Below are positions 1-12,465 of a stretch of 64,000 nucleotides of DNA, piece after piece. Source of the DNA: Basidiobolus meristosporus CBS 931.73 (taxonomy: Eukaryota > Fungi > Basidiobolomycota). The DNA lies in NCBI GenBank assembly GCA_002104905.1, contig MCFE01000133.1, positions 1 through 64,000 of the forward strand, in the 5' to 3' direction. A program made the position numbers and the translations under genes. A model generated the notes under the pieces. That model saw only the letters and a program-made list of their open reading frames with translations. It did no database searches and had not been told where the DNA came from. Within the stretch, counting starts at the first letter, position 1, and every line of letters starts with the position of its first letter.

Positions 1-2979
1 CGCTTGGACATCACCGGCATTGCGCATAAGAATGCCAGGAAATCGAGCTTCCGAATCATCGGATAGTTCTGCAATAAGTCTAGCAAAGTCCGATTTTTCT
101 TTATAAAACCCCCATAGATCCGGTTGCCTTCCTCTCCGGTTTGACACATTTTCTCCAAATAGTCCTTCTCCAATTCTGGATACTCCTTGGAAATGGCCGA
201 GACGCAAACGCCAAGGAACTGACGAGAAGGCGCTGCCAATAGATCGGCATAATAGGTGAGAGCATTTCTGATCGTGCATGGCCCTTTGATGACTGCTGCC
301 AATGACCGAGAGCTAAGGGACTTGGATGTGGAGCTATCGACCGTCACTTCAAATACTGCCTCTGGTGCGTAGCCAAATGCAATGGCTATTTTTTCAACTA
401 GACCAGGTTCGTTTTCTGGTGAAATCTCCAAATGATCCCCTGCCTGGTACTTCACTTCTTCGGGGAGCTCGACTTCGATGTGACGAGTACTACGGTGGCT
501 CTTTTCAAAGTGCTGCAGCTCCTTATTCGTGATTATACGGGCCTGAGGGGCATCCGTTGACGTTGCTAAGAGCACCCTTGGCCGCTGGTTGTGAATCAGG
601 GGAAATATAGCGTATAGACACGCCAGCGGTAGGGTCCTGAGAGACAGTGCTTCCTAGACTGCTTAGCCCTGAGCCATCCATTCCCTAAGTCGCACAATAA
701 TGAGGCATATATTTTAGCGATCCACTCCGAGAAATCGGCATCGATATCGCCGTCAGCATCTCCTGCTCCAGCTGGAAATATCTGGTCTGCTCCTAACTGC
801 TCCATAGCCTCGTTAACTTTAGTAGGGAAGGCTTGATAGGTTCGCCATTGGCTGTTGCCACAGCCAAATACCATGTAACGGAGTCCTTTCAGCGGTTCAT
901 CTGATTTCTCCCTCTTGGCACTAATGAATTTATCAAACTCCTTGGCATTATCAGGCGGGAATCCATTGTACGTGCTCGTTATGATGAAAACTATGGGCTT
1001 TTCTTTCTCATCTTTGACTTCTTGCTTTTCATATCTACCGGCCTTCAGGACCTCCCACTCGTCTAAAGGAAGCGTGCTCACCTCTTTAAACCCGAGAGTA
1101 ATTGCATTCTTACCAATCCTATTTGCATACTCCTCGGAGAGGCCCATATTTGATCCAAAAAGAATGGTAAGCTTCGGGAGATCCTCACTTGAGGTAATTT
1201 TCTCCAATTGTAAGGGAGTAGCCAGCTCAGTTCTTGGGGTAGGCGAGTCCGGAGGTCGGCTGAGAGGTTGCCTCGGGTAACTCCGTCCTAGCAGCAACCT
1301 TCATGAACAACTGCTCAGGCTTCAATGTAAGTGTGGATGTATTGTAGTGGACTGGCTTGTCATCCACCAGTTGGAACTCGTATTTGCTTAGGATAGTTGC
1401 CAAAATGATTTTTGCCTCCTGTAATTGCGAATTGCATACCGATACAACCGCGTGGCCCTGAGGAGAAGGGCATCCATGCATACTGTGGCCTCTTTGCTTC
1501 TTCAGCTGGTGTAAATCTGTCAGGGTCGAAAACATCGGGTTCGGGCCAGAAGCTGGGATTATGGTGCATTGAATAAATGCTTATTTGTGCAGCAGTGTTT
1601 TTCTCAATTTTGTATCCAAATGGCAGAATGCAATCCTTTGTGCAATACTTGAGGACTGATGAAGCCGGAGGATACATCCTTAAGGCTTCCTTCAGCACTT
1701 GACCAAGATACTTCAGCTGAGAGACTTGTGCACTAGTGGGGGGCTTTTCACCATTGAATCCTGCATTAACCACCTCTTGGAGGACCTTATTTAGGACAGC
1801 TGGGTGCCTCGCAAGTAGATACAGACACCACGAAAGTGTGGTTGAGGTAGTTTCATGGCCAGCAATTAAGAAGGTGAGTACCTGATCGCGAATGACGCTG
1901 TCCGATAATTTTTCGCCTGTGGATTTATCGCGGGCTTCCAGCATAAATCCAAGAAGATCGGAGGTCTTTCCGTTGCTTGAGGGGGTCTTTTTGCGCTGAT
2001 TTAGTACCTCTTCAACGACATTCCTCATCAGATCGATGTTTTTGTCAAATTTGTAGTTGGAATGAATCGGTAATTTCTTCCAATATTGCGAGCGATTCAT
2101 TCTTGTGCGTACCTCTGTCATGCAAAACGACATGGCCTCGATGAAAGGATGCGATGGGGAATCTCTGGATTCAAGCAGCCCAAAATCGTATCCAAACCCA
2201 ACCATTCCAATGGTCTCGAAGGTAATACGGGTCATCCAGTCAGTCACAAGGATGGGTTCATCTGGCTTGAATTGGCCGAATACGTTGGCGAGTTTCAATG
2301 CCAGATGTCCCATTTCCTCGGTGTAAGATTTCATGGCTGTGGATGAAAATGCTGGAATAAGTAGCTTGTGAGCAAGCTTCCATACTTCTTCGTCGGAGCT
2401 TGTTGTGAAAAGGCCATCACCGCCAAGAACCTTCACTTCGGCAAACGGCAGCTCTATCCTCTTGGTGAAGTACTCGCTCTCCTGAGCAATCACCTCTGCA
2501 ATGCTCGGATGATTGGTGACTATCTCTCTGGTCGAAAATATGTAAATCTCAAGTACCGGGCTATCGTACTCCGCAAAGTAGCGCCGTAAAGACGCCGGCA
2601 TGTCCGGCAAAAGCTTTGGGAGTGTACCAAAGAATATACTAGTGGGCGGCGCTGGGATTTCAAGATGGCAGGATTCATTTCCCTGGATATAGGCCACACC
2701 ACTCTCGATAAGGTCTCTGAAAGAATCAATTCTTTGACCTCCGTCGTTGTAGAATTCTATTGTTTGATACGCAGAAATGTTCAGTTTCTCCCCGCAATGC
2801 TTCCTCACATCCTCTATATCCCAGTTGTCTTGTGTCCTGACGATGATTCCGTTCTTCTCGATATCTTGCCCGGAGAAAGCTACAATGATCACACCAGATC
2901 CCTCTCCGCCTTTATGTTTTTCAACGGTCGTTGACGCCTTGTTGGCAGAACCTTTTTTGAATGGACATTCACTTGACAT
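1..2979 (-). CDS. Self-sufficient cytochrome P450-NADPH reductase fusion (CYP102/BM3- or CYP505-type), intronless, 3' end runs off the window; four +1 frameshifts in this assembly
   Basis: ATG at 2979 (accacaATG, MSSECPF). P450 motifs: GDGLFT, AGHETT, EALR, PDRF, FSSGPRGCIG. Flavodoxin domain: FGSNMG, TSTYNGFPPDNAKEF, VFGCGN. FAD domain start: STRHIEVELPEEVKYQAGDHLEISPEN. Frame changes near 1425, 1250, 684 and 548. Confidence 0.92.
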
Positions 2980-3566
2980 TGTGGTAGATTGGATTGTGAT
3001 TAGGTGCCTTCGTGTGGTTATATAGTTTCCATGGTGGACCACGTCACCGGATCCTATGGTACCTTGGAAGCCTCGCATTTATGAAATAATCATTTCAGAT
3101 TCAAACCTATTAGATCAACAAACTATAACTATCCAACGAGCAGTGATTTTCGGGTTACTCGGGTCTCACATCAGTGAATGCCGATAATTACCCGATTGAA
3201 ATGAATGTTAAATCATGGTTTAGCGCCGTGGTTTGCTGATATCAGCATCCTTGGTCATAGGTGCAAAGCTTTGGCCATTATACCTGCCCATATCATTTAG
3301 GACTAGGGTTAGCTAAGCACTCTACACGTCCATTAGAAAGAATATGGTGTTTGCTAGTCCATGGCGCAATCACCACCATCGTCACCGTTATCGTCACTGC
3401 TTCTGAAAATCATCGAAGAAAGCATCAGGCATTACAGGAGAGCACTGATCATTGATGTCTGTTATATAGTACGAGTCTATGCAGCTTCAACTTTGAGATT
3501 TGCTCAGCTGCATATATTCCATAGAACTCCTCACTTCCAGCTTATGTAGACTCGACTGGTCACTTT

Positions 3567-3624
3567 ATTTTCTATACTATTAACCTTGAGGTTGATTTCT
3601 ATTTTCTATACTATTAACCCTGAG
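3567..3624 (+). repeat. 24-nt direct repeat x2 upstream of the P450 gene
   Basis: attttctatactattaacc(t/c)tgag at 3567-3590 and 3601-3624. Confidence 0.85.
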
Positions 3625-4699
3625 TGTTTCACCTAGTGAATTTTTGCTCACTTACAAGCCGAAATCCAGGGTAGATGGATCAATTCGGTTAGCATCAGCT
3701 GGCCTCAATTGAATCACCGATTTTTTGGGCTTGACTGACCTTTTCCTTGGATTGGTTGATCACAATATGCAAGGCCCTCCTCGGTTGTGCAGATAACCGA
3801 CACTTTTAGTTGGTCGATGCGTGACTATTATTTACTCTTTCGGGCCTGGAACCGATCATATCTAAAAGTGGAGATTCTCGACATCACCAAATCGGAAGTG
3901 CCCGAGCTACCTAACGAATCTACTTTTTTTCTATGACTAAGCTCTATCGCTTCGGATGACTACTCACGCAAATCACTTGAACACCATATCGCAGCAATCA
4001 ACTTCTCTGAGAAGGAATTCAATAGGTAGTGACGTCGGTGGCATCCCCACATTGTGGCTTCCGCAACTACTGGGACTCATTGAGCTCTAAAAGGTTCAGC
4101 TATTCTGGGAGATGGTTTTGTGCGGTCTCCACTCATACACATCACCTCACTTGGTTACTAGATACTATTCGGTAGAGGCTATGGGAATTGCGCTTTTTTC
4201 CTGACTCACCCCCCCCCCTCGCCATATATAGTGATAAGACTTTAGAATTTGTATAGTGGCGACGTATTTATCAGGGGATTACAATACTGTGTTGGTCCCA
4301 AACATCTCTTTTGTACTTGAGAAGGTTGGAGATGTTTTGAGTAGCCATTGACCCCACTCAAACTGTATCACTTCAAGATGTTTGATTTGCGACTACATCA
4401 CATACGTAATGTATCAAACATAATCCTAGAAGAGCTAGTTTCCTGGAAACTACTAGTCTCGTTCCACGTATTCGGATAGGAGATACGTATATTACGTGCT
4501 ATGATACGGAGCTTCTCGGAGTTTCAAAGTAAGGTTATGGCACGTTCATGAGCCAAAGAGCAGGACGTGTAGATTACCGTTGCGATGTTCGGAATTTATA
4601 CTGCAAAAAGATCTAAAATTGAAAGTTACGGCCCACCCCGCTCCACATTAGAAGCGCGTGCCAAGTTTGTAGCAGCGTATTCACAGTCAGCAAATTATG

Positions 4700-7600
4700 G
4701 AACACCTCTTTAATAGGACTGGCTAGTTGTAAATTTGGAGCATCCAGCCAACTCGATGGAGCCACTGTAAAACGAATCACAGTAAAGAGCTGTCAGCTAT
4801 TTTGCTTACGATTTTTAGAGCTGATTGTCATTAATGAAGCTATTTTATGAACACTGAAACGGCGTCGGAAGCATATAAGGGGGCTTAGTATGTGATATCA
4901 GGAGGTCGATGAAAACTCATCAAATACCTTGAAATCGTTGGTCGGCAATGACTGATATTTATAGACAGCATGGTAGTTGGTCATTGTCACTCAGCCATGG
5001 GAGAGTAACAATACTTTAGTTCATACGTCACCTGGTAAAAACCATAGGAGCTGGGGCTCACATAGACCACCAACAAAATGCTAACCAATAATATGGATGC
5101 ACTACTTGGGAAGTTGAAGTGTTAACTCGAATAGAGCGGTGTAATAACAATATGACTTGTGCCACAAAAACTTGGTTACTTGCCATTTACTGCAAATGCT
5201 TTGCTATGTTAGATTTTGTAAATCTCTCGTTCATTGTTTGTGCTCGCTACAGTACCTCAGGTTGTTTCTTGAACTTTGCTCCCATAGTAGCGGTTGGTAG
5301 TTGTGATCTGAGTACGCTTTGAATGCTGTCTCTGTTGCAAATATTTAGTTCAACAAAAATTACTTATGCTCTCTAAGTCTGTACTTGTTCAATTACCAAA
5401 TTATAAAGTGTTGACTAGTGAGTAAGTTTGTAGATCTTGGCTGATTTACCAAGCTATTGAAATCCTGAAAGTCACTATTTCCAAAATATTCTCATCATTA
5501 ATTTTGTGTGTATTTCTATAAGTAAAATGTTACCAACAAGTAAATGCCATAAAAATATCCAGGTTTATCAGATCAAATTTATTCACTTCAGGATTCTGCA
5601 ATAGTATCTACCAGCTGTGAAGTGTGTGCAATGTTCTATAGGCCTTGAAGCATCTCTGTGTAATCTAGCTCCCCCTTAGTGATGATCTATATTAAGTGTT
5701 GTATTTATCCCCAGTCCTAACACCTTAAGCAATTGAGGCTTTACACTTTGGTGTACTTGTCAAAACACTTGTCTAGGCACTTTTATTGCAAGTTTTGTAT
5801 TTGCACCTAAGTTTTAGTATTAGCCTTGCTACTTTATGGGTGACAAGATCTACTGTTCACTGCCCATATTTTATATGAATTTACCTACAATACTTAGATC
5901 AGGATGGCATAGAGTTGTAATAATGGAGCTCTTAGAGTAGTCCAGAAAACTCCAGAATATGGGACTTACTGTTGGATATTTCACAGTTTATATTGCTGGT
6001 GTTTCTGTCAATAACTACAAATGAGTAAGTAAACTATCTGCTCATTAAGCCATTTAATAAAAGCTGTGCAGCCAAAAGTGTCTCCAAGTCACTGCCATTT
6101 CCTTCAAACCTTGCTTTCAATATATGAGTATAATGAAAACTAAGCTGATACAGAGCCAAGGCTAAATAGTCATCATCAATTATATCATTCATTCATCTTT
6201 GGTAGCCAGTAAAGTGATCCAGCCATGCATGAGTTAAAAGCCTTTTATAGTCTTGTTTTGCAGCTTAACATCCACATGGATTTACAACATTCCAGAGAAC
6301 GTTCGAATTGGCATGTAGAGCTATGAGTTCTGCATAATGTTTACTTTTTGTCCATTAGTTTTATATAAATTTTGAACTTTGAGAGGATTCTTTGAAGAAA
6401 ATGCTTAGAATACTATGCCAGTGGTCCCAGAAAGTTGTGAGTAAGTTTTGGGGGATTTTGAGCATGCTGGAACATGCTGATGAGCTCAAGCTAAGTAGAA
6501 TAGCAATATCCTTGAACGGCTTAGGTGTAAGCTGAGTTATCATAAAACCATCACTTGACTCAAACATTGTACAAACTAGTATATGTCACCTACTGATGTG
6601 TATTTGCAAAAAATAAATCTCTGCTACCACATGTTAGTATTAGACTAATTCATTATCCAGAGTAGCAGAAGGCTTGTGTAATAACTTTGCTATCTCCAAT
6701 GCCTCTAGTACTACTACCAGGTACAATGCTATATATGTAGTGTAGGTACATCTATTCCAAACCAGATTCATTTATATTTGGTCTAGTTTTTGTTATTAGA
6801 GCTTTAATAATGCTGAAAGTGATTGGGAAAAGAAGCAGATTGTGTGACTGTTGCTTGTTGAGTTTTTGTGTGTAAAGCTTCATCTCTACTCTTGCATGGT
6901 AATGACAAAACAAACACATACCTTGTGCTTAAGATATTTCATCAAGACATTCACTAATGAAGCAATTAAGTAAAGGCCTGCAGAATATCATCATAATATC
7001 AAACAAGCTCCAACTGTCCCAAAAGTGGCAACTCTCATTATCTCAGGTGCTAGCTTTATAGCAGATTAGTAGACATTCTCTCTAGGGGGCATTTGGCTAA
7101 CTAGCACTTGTAACAAGTTTGGTGATTAGTGGCTTGCTACTAACACCAAAAATTGCAGCCAAAATTTTGAAGCAGAAACACCAGCTGAGCACTAGCAAAA
7201 TACCATTAGAATGACAGCCAAATTCTAGCTTAAAATCCAGTGAGTTTCAGCTTTGAGCTTTTTCATGGGGATTAGGTACCAATCTCATGAGAAGTCACAA
7301 TTTGGAGCCTTCCTATCAGTTCCATAGAGGGAAATTGGCCAAAATACTCTTTGATTAGTGGGCTCCAACTATATGACTGAGCTCAGTGAATACTAGGGTG
7401 TACCTATATAACCTTTGATAGTTTTGGCTGAGTTTCATTGAAGCAGAGCTCTGGCACCTGTAACACATCACTCTAAGCTTTGTATATGTGGATAGCTTTT
7501 AAAATGATGCAACAGCTCTATGCCCAGGATATCTTGTATTACAGGTTTCTGCAATCAGGGCTAACTTTTACTTCCATAGTCTCCCTGACTATCTTAGTGT

Positions 7601-7821
7601 GCATCTTGCCATATTAGGAGCTGATTAGTAGCTATTTGAAGGGCTTTTCTTAGCTGAGCTGATATAGTGAGACTGGCACTATGGAATCTCACACACCAAT
7701 ATTTTATAAAATGACACATACTCTGTGTGATAGCTTATAATAGATTAATCCAGCCTATAACTAAGCTACATACAGCTCCTTATTTGCTCACTTTCTTCAT
7801 AACCCATCACAGCTCTCAGTT
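4700..7821 (-). mobile_element. Highly degenerate CpG-depleted repeat relic with stop-riddled minus-strand reading frames; class uncertain, possibly non-LTR retrotransposon
   Basis: Few CG dinucleotides; protein-like stretches broken by stops (e.g. IDDDYLALALYQLSFHYTHILKARFEG). It continues at 10702-11900 across the LTR insertion. No diagnostic motif securely identified. Confidence 0.35.
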
Positions 7822-7826
7822 AATCT

Positions 7827-8040
7827 GGTTGTAGGTGCTTAGGGTGGTACTGACACTGTTTGGGAGAGCAAATAGTTTATGTAATAATCAGTCAATGATT
7901 TATAGAAGGTAAAAGTGGTATATATGCTTGTACCTGGTCTTGGCAAAAAAAGCACATAAAACATAGTTAGCAAGGTCTCAAGTGCATATGTGCAAAGATT
8001 GGAGCTGCTTGGACAACCTATCAGTATGTCATGTTTGGGG
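7827..8040 (-). mobile_element. Older Copia-family solo LTR, 3' half (minus strand)
   Basis: The reverse complement aligns with the distal part of the 8041-8389 LTR (cccaaacatg...ctttgcacatatg...gccaagacc...cctacaacc). Left flank is AATCT (7822-7826). Confidence 0.75.
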
Positions 8041-10557
8041 TGTTGTAAAAGTTTGTAATCCCACCTAAATATTTACCTAACTTAGTCACTTGAATTATTA
8101 CCCTTCAAATCCTAGAGAATACTGACCAAATTCCTTGTTGGGATTTACTTCAAATATTTTTCACCAAAATACCAGGTACCCAGACATGAATATTCTCAAA
8201 GTTGCCCAAACAGCCCCAAACTTTGCACACATGTTCTTGGGACCTTCTTTAGCCTATTATATGTGTTTTTTATGCCAAGATCTTGTAAAGTATAAATACT
8301 ACTTTTACATTCAATAAATCATCAAGTGAAAACCACATAGTCTACTTGTTCTCCAAATCACTTCCAATATCTCCAAGACTCTTACAACAGGTTATGAGTC
8401 CCAAGCTGTCACTCTTTGCAATTTCTACTACTGCTATTACTGGAATTTTTCCCTCTGCTGAAAAGTTGGATGGATCTAACTACCAGATGTAAAAGGTGAA
8501 GATGAAGATGCTGCTACAAGAAAGAGGCCTTTGGAATATTGTCATGGGAGAAGAATGCCCTCCTAAAAATGTGGGAGAGGAAGCCTTAAAGTGCCAGAAG
8601 AAAGAACAAAGTGCCTTTAACTGTATTTGCCTTAATGTTAAAGACAAATTGCTAATTCAATGCTCAAGAGCAAAAACAGCAAAAAATGCCTGGAAGGCAT
8701 TAGATGATACCTACCAGTCATGTTCAGCAGCTAAGAAAATGTATCTGAGACAAAAATTCTTTACTACAAACATGCAGCCAGGAGAAGAAATCAAAAATCT
8801 AATTAACAGAATTGCCCTGCTGGTAGATGAAATGGAATCTGTTTGCATACCAACTAATGATGAGGATGTGCTAGTTACCATCCTGAATAGCCTGACAGAC
8901 AAGTTTCAGGGCCTTGTATCAGCCCTAGAGTCAAGAACTAAAGATTTGACCTTAATTTACATATATGGAAGTCTCCTGGATGAAGAATCAAGAAAATCAA
9001 GCACCAATACAAAGGAAGAAAAAAATGCTTTAGTAAGTAATGATCACTAGCAAAGGAGGTACCTAAGACCCTACAAAGATAACAGCAATCTGTTTTGCAA
9101 CTACTGCAAAAGGAAAGGACACACATTAGACCAGTGTCTTGAAAAGAGAGATGATCAGCAAAAGAAGCCTGAATATGGAAATGCTGCAACAACTGAAGAT
9201 AGACTATTCATATCTGCACTAAATATGACCACAAACAAGAATTCTCAGTTGAGGTATATTGACTCTGGAGCATCTCAACACTTTACACACCAAAAAGAAC
9301 TTTTTACCCAATATCAAGAAATTCCAATTAAGAAGGTTTTCATGGGTGACAATACCCTACAAAAAATAATTTGGTCCCACGGGTGAATCCAATCCAGATC
9401 AGCCGTCAGGATCCTGTTGAGAGACCATCATAATACTAGCAGCTTGGAATCAGTGACCCTCATAATGATCTTATGACAGGATCATGACAGTGTTTTGCTA
9501 ATTTTACAACCAAATAAAGGGATAAAACTTGACAATATTTTATTGGTGCAGTGACAATATTTGCATGGTATTGTTGCGGTCTTTTAGCGCTCTATAACTA
9601 TTTCAAGTGGATCCAGTTGGCCAGGATATCCAATTGCCTTATATGGCAAGAAACTTGACGGTATTTTGACAGCCTCACAGCAAGACTCTGATGACATTAT
9701 ATTGGCAGAATGATGGCCTACAGCTGGTTCTGTATAATGCTACTGTACCAATTTACCAAATGGTATTTCCTTTTTCTACCTCCCCTTGTGCAATACATAT
9801 ATTCCACTGTAGAATCACCTCTCTTTATTTGCTTACCCACTACTACCTAGGGTATTCTGCATATAGTTTGAATCAAAAAGAAACTATGACCTCCTGCTTA
9901 CTAACCTCTACAAATGCACACACCTGCTGCAATTGACATACTCTATCACCTCAACTTTATGGCTTTTTAGTTTGATACTTGCAAAGTTGCCATATATCTT
10001 GTACTGCTGGTATCATATACATCTTGCAAAGATATGCTTGGTTGTTGCCACTTCTGCCATGAATACCTCCTGAATATTTGCAAAGAACTAATGTTCTACA
10101 GATGAAACAATTGCAGACATATTCACCAAACAATTAGCTAGAGACAAGTTTGAATGTCTTAGGTCAAAATTAGGACTAGCCAGTATGAGCATTTAGCTAA
10201 GTGGGAGTATTGTAAAAATTTGTAATTTCCACCTAAATATTCACCTAACTTAGTCACTTGGATCAATACCTTCAGATCCTAGAGAGTACTGACCAAATTC
10301 CTTGTTGGGATTTATTTAGAATATTTACACCATAATACCAGGTACCCAGAACATGAAAATTTTCAGAGTTGTCCAAACAGCCCCAAACTTTGCACACATG
10401 TTCTAGGGACCTTTTTTAGTCTATTCTACATGTTTGCTATGCCAAGACCATGTAAAAGTATAAATACTACCTTTACATTCAATAAAACACTAAGTGAAAA
10501 CCACATTGTCTACTTGTTCTCCAAGTCACTTCCAGTATCTCCAAGACTCTTACAACA
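8041..10557 (+). mobile_element. Internally deleted Ty1/Copia LTR retrotransposon
   Basis: LTRs at 8041-8389 and 10208-10557 (TGTTG...CAACA). PBS GGTTATGAGTCCCA at 8390; polypurine tract taagtgggag before the 3' LTR. Gag 8496-9050, zinc knuckle CNYCKRKGHTLDQC, protease YIDSGASQH, RNaseH tail CSTDETIADIFTK. INT and RT are missing. Confidence 0.92.
9355..10088 (-). mobile_element. Terminal fragment of a CACTA-like DNA transposon inside the Copia
   Basis: Starts CCCTACAAAAAATAATTTGGTCC and aligns with 46689 onward; 9890-10088 aligns with 47055-47250. Confidence 0.75.
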
Positions 10558-10696
10558 TTGGATACCTGATGTTTTAGTGAGAATATTGAAGTAAGTCCTA
10601 GCCAGCAATTCAGCCTGAATTTTTTGTGATTTTTGGACTATAAGCTAAATGGCCAAGTTAGCTAAATACTTAAGTGTATTGACAAAGTTTACAACA
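10558..10696 (-). mobile_element. Older Copia-family solo LTR, 5' half (minus strand)
   Basis: The reverse complement starts TGTTGTAAACTTTGT and aligns with the first ~140 nt of the younger LTR. Right flank is GATCC (10697-10701). Confidence 0.75.
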
Positions 10697-10701
10697 GATC
10701 C

Positions 10702-11900
10702 ATGGCACCTTTTGTTGTGGCTCCCTCAGCAAATCAGTGCGTTACTTATAATGCTGTATATTGGGAGCCATTCAGGACTGAGTTCCAGGTAAATTTGTAT
10801 ACATATAGGGTATCCTGACCTCAGAGTGAGCATAGGTAGAGCTTGATAAATAATATACAGTGATATGGTTTCTATTTGCTCAAAGCTTTTATCAGTTTTA
10901 GTACTTGGCTTTATATTGGCAATTAAATTAGGTGTACCTATAAATAATGGTATTGTGAGTTTGTCAATTAGCATCACCCTTGAAGAAGCCACTGTGTCTA
11001 TTGGTGAGCAGAGAACACAATATTGCTAACCTTTTATAGCTTTTTTGGCAAATATGTGTATAAATTATCAGCATCTAGTCTGCACCTAAACCATTCATTT
11101 ATCTTAGAACCATTTAGATCTGCTAGGTTATGATTTATTTGCTTGAGAGTTAGTTTGTAAGATATTGACATGTTCTTGGCATTAGTAAAGGCCTGGAAAT
11201 TATCAGGATGTTCAACCTAGTCCAAAAACCCTGGCTTTGCACAATTCTTCCCAGGACATCTTTTAGGGCATTTGTATCATTGATCTTAGAGCATTTCCCC
11301 AAACATATAAATACTTTATTTGAATTCTTCTATTACCTTTGAGACTCTAACATTCACAAAATACCCTTTACTAGCTAGTAAATAACATCTTGACTCTGGA
11401 TTCAAAGCAGTATCAGCCAGGAGTAATAACAGAATAGGGCAGTAGCCTTTATGAGTTATCAACTAGTCAGCAATTCTTCAACCTGAAGAGTTTACATCTA
11501 GCGCTGATAATTATCTTCAGTTTAATAATTCAATATGCAAAAGATACTACTACCAACCATGCCTTCCAGTAGCTTTAAGCCCGCGGATTAGTCAAAAGCA
11601 AAACATGAGAAAATTTTTAGTTGACTACTCAAGTGACTCATTTGCTATATGACTTTTGAAGATTGGCAACACAAGGGGGTTTTATATGTCCTCAAGAGCT
11701 ATGCCCTCTTAGAGTTCCATTAGCTCTAAAGCTTAAATGAAATCTCAAGATATTGAGGAGTGTTGATAAACAAGCATTTTTATAATAATTTTGTTGAGAA
11801 TAAAGGAAGCGGTTACTGGATCTACCAATTAAATATTGTTTCCTCCTTTAGAAGAGGAATTTTTCAACATGAGTTTAGGATCGAAGCAATAGAGTTATGC
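10702..11900 (-). mobile_element. Degenerate CpG-depleted repeat relic (host of the solo LTR)
   Basis: CG-poor, with broken minus-strand ORFs; contiguous with 4700-7821 once the LTR insertion is removed. Confidence 0.35.
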
Positions 11901-12465
11901 TAGTTGCACATATCGCACCCGAATAAGGACATTCTGTGTTCCAACAAAGATAGTCAGAAAATCCAGCATGTTTGGGGGACTTACTTACTAAGCGAATTTT
12001 AGAACCAGACTTTCGTGTATGGAAACTTCAGCACTAATATAGGGTTATATCCGGAACAAGTAATACACGGGCTGTTGCTATATCCATGAAACAACAAGTT
12101 CCTGACTAAGATTAGCAGTCTATCATAGAACCGACGATACGATGGGCTAGGGAGGGTTGAATCATATGTTGCACGCAGCAACGATGTTGTAATGAAGGCT
12201 GGAACTCATCGTTATTACATTGACTCACCTGAATTGTTGCTTGTGCTGAAGATCCCAATTTGCTCTCAAACGACCTTGTGATACAACCAAAATTCTGGCG
12301 AGCTTCCGATTTGTCAAGAAAGCCTTGGCGTGCCACATGGGGTGATAGTGGTTCGACGAGAGAATTCCTATCACTGTTGATGGCGTAAAAATGCTACATT
12401 TCTATAGAAATCGTCCCTCTCAACATCGTATAAAAGATCGAGCTGTAGATCGGATTATATGTATA

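Noticed and set aside
11990-12340. Short minus-strand ORFs in CpG-normal DNA upstream of the SPRY gene
   Set aside because: No consistent splice model or recognisable motif; possibly a pseudogene fragment, but unsupported.
12391-12465. ORF-track upstream starts for the SPRY, P450, M28, tyrosinase and epimerase genes
   Set aside because: They are non-ATG or precede a better ATG that begins the signal peptide or has good Kozak context.
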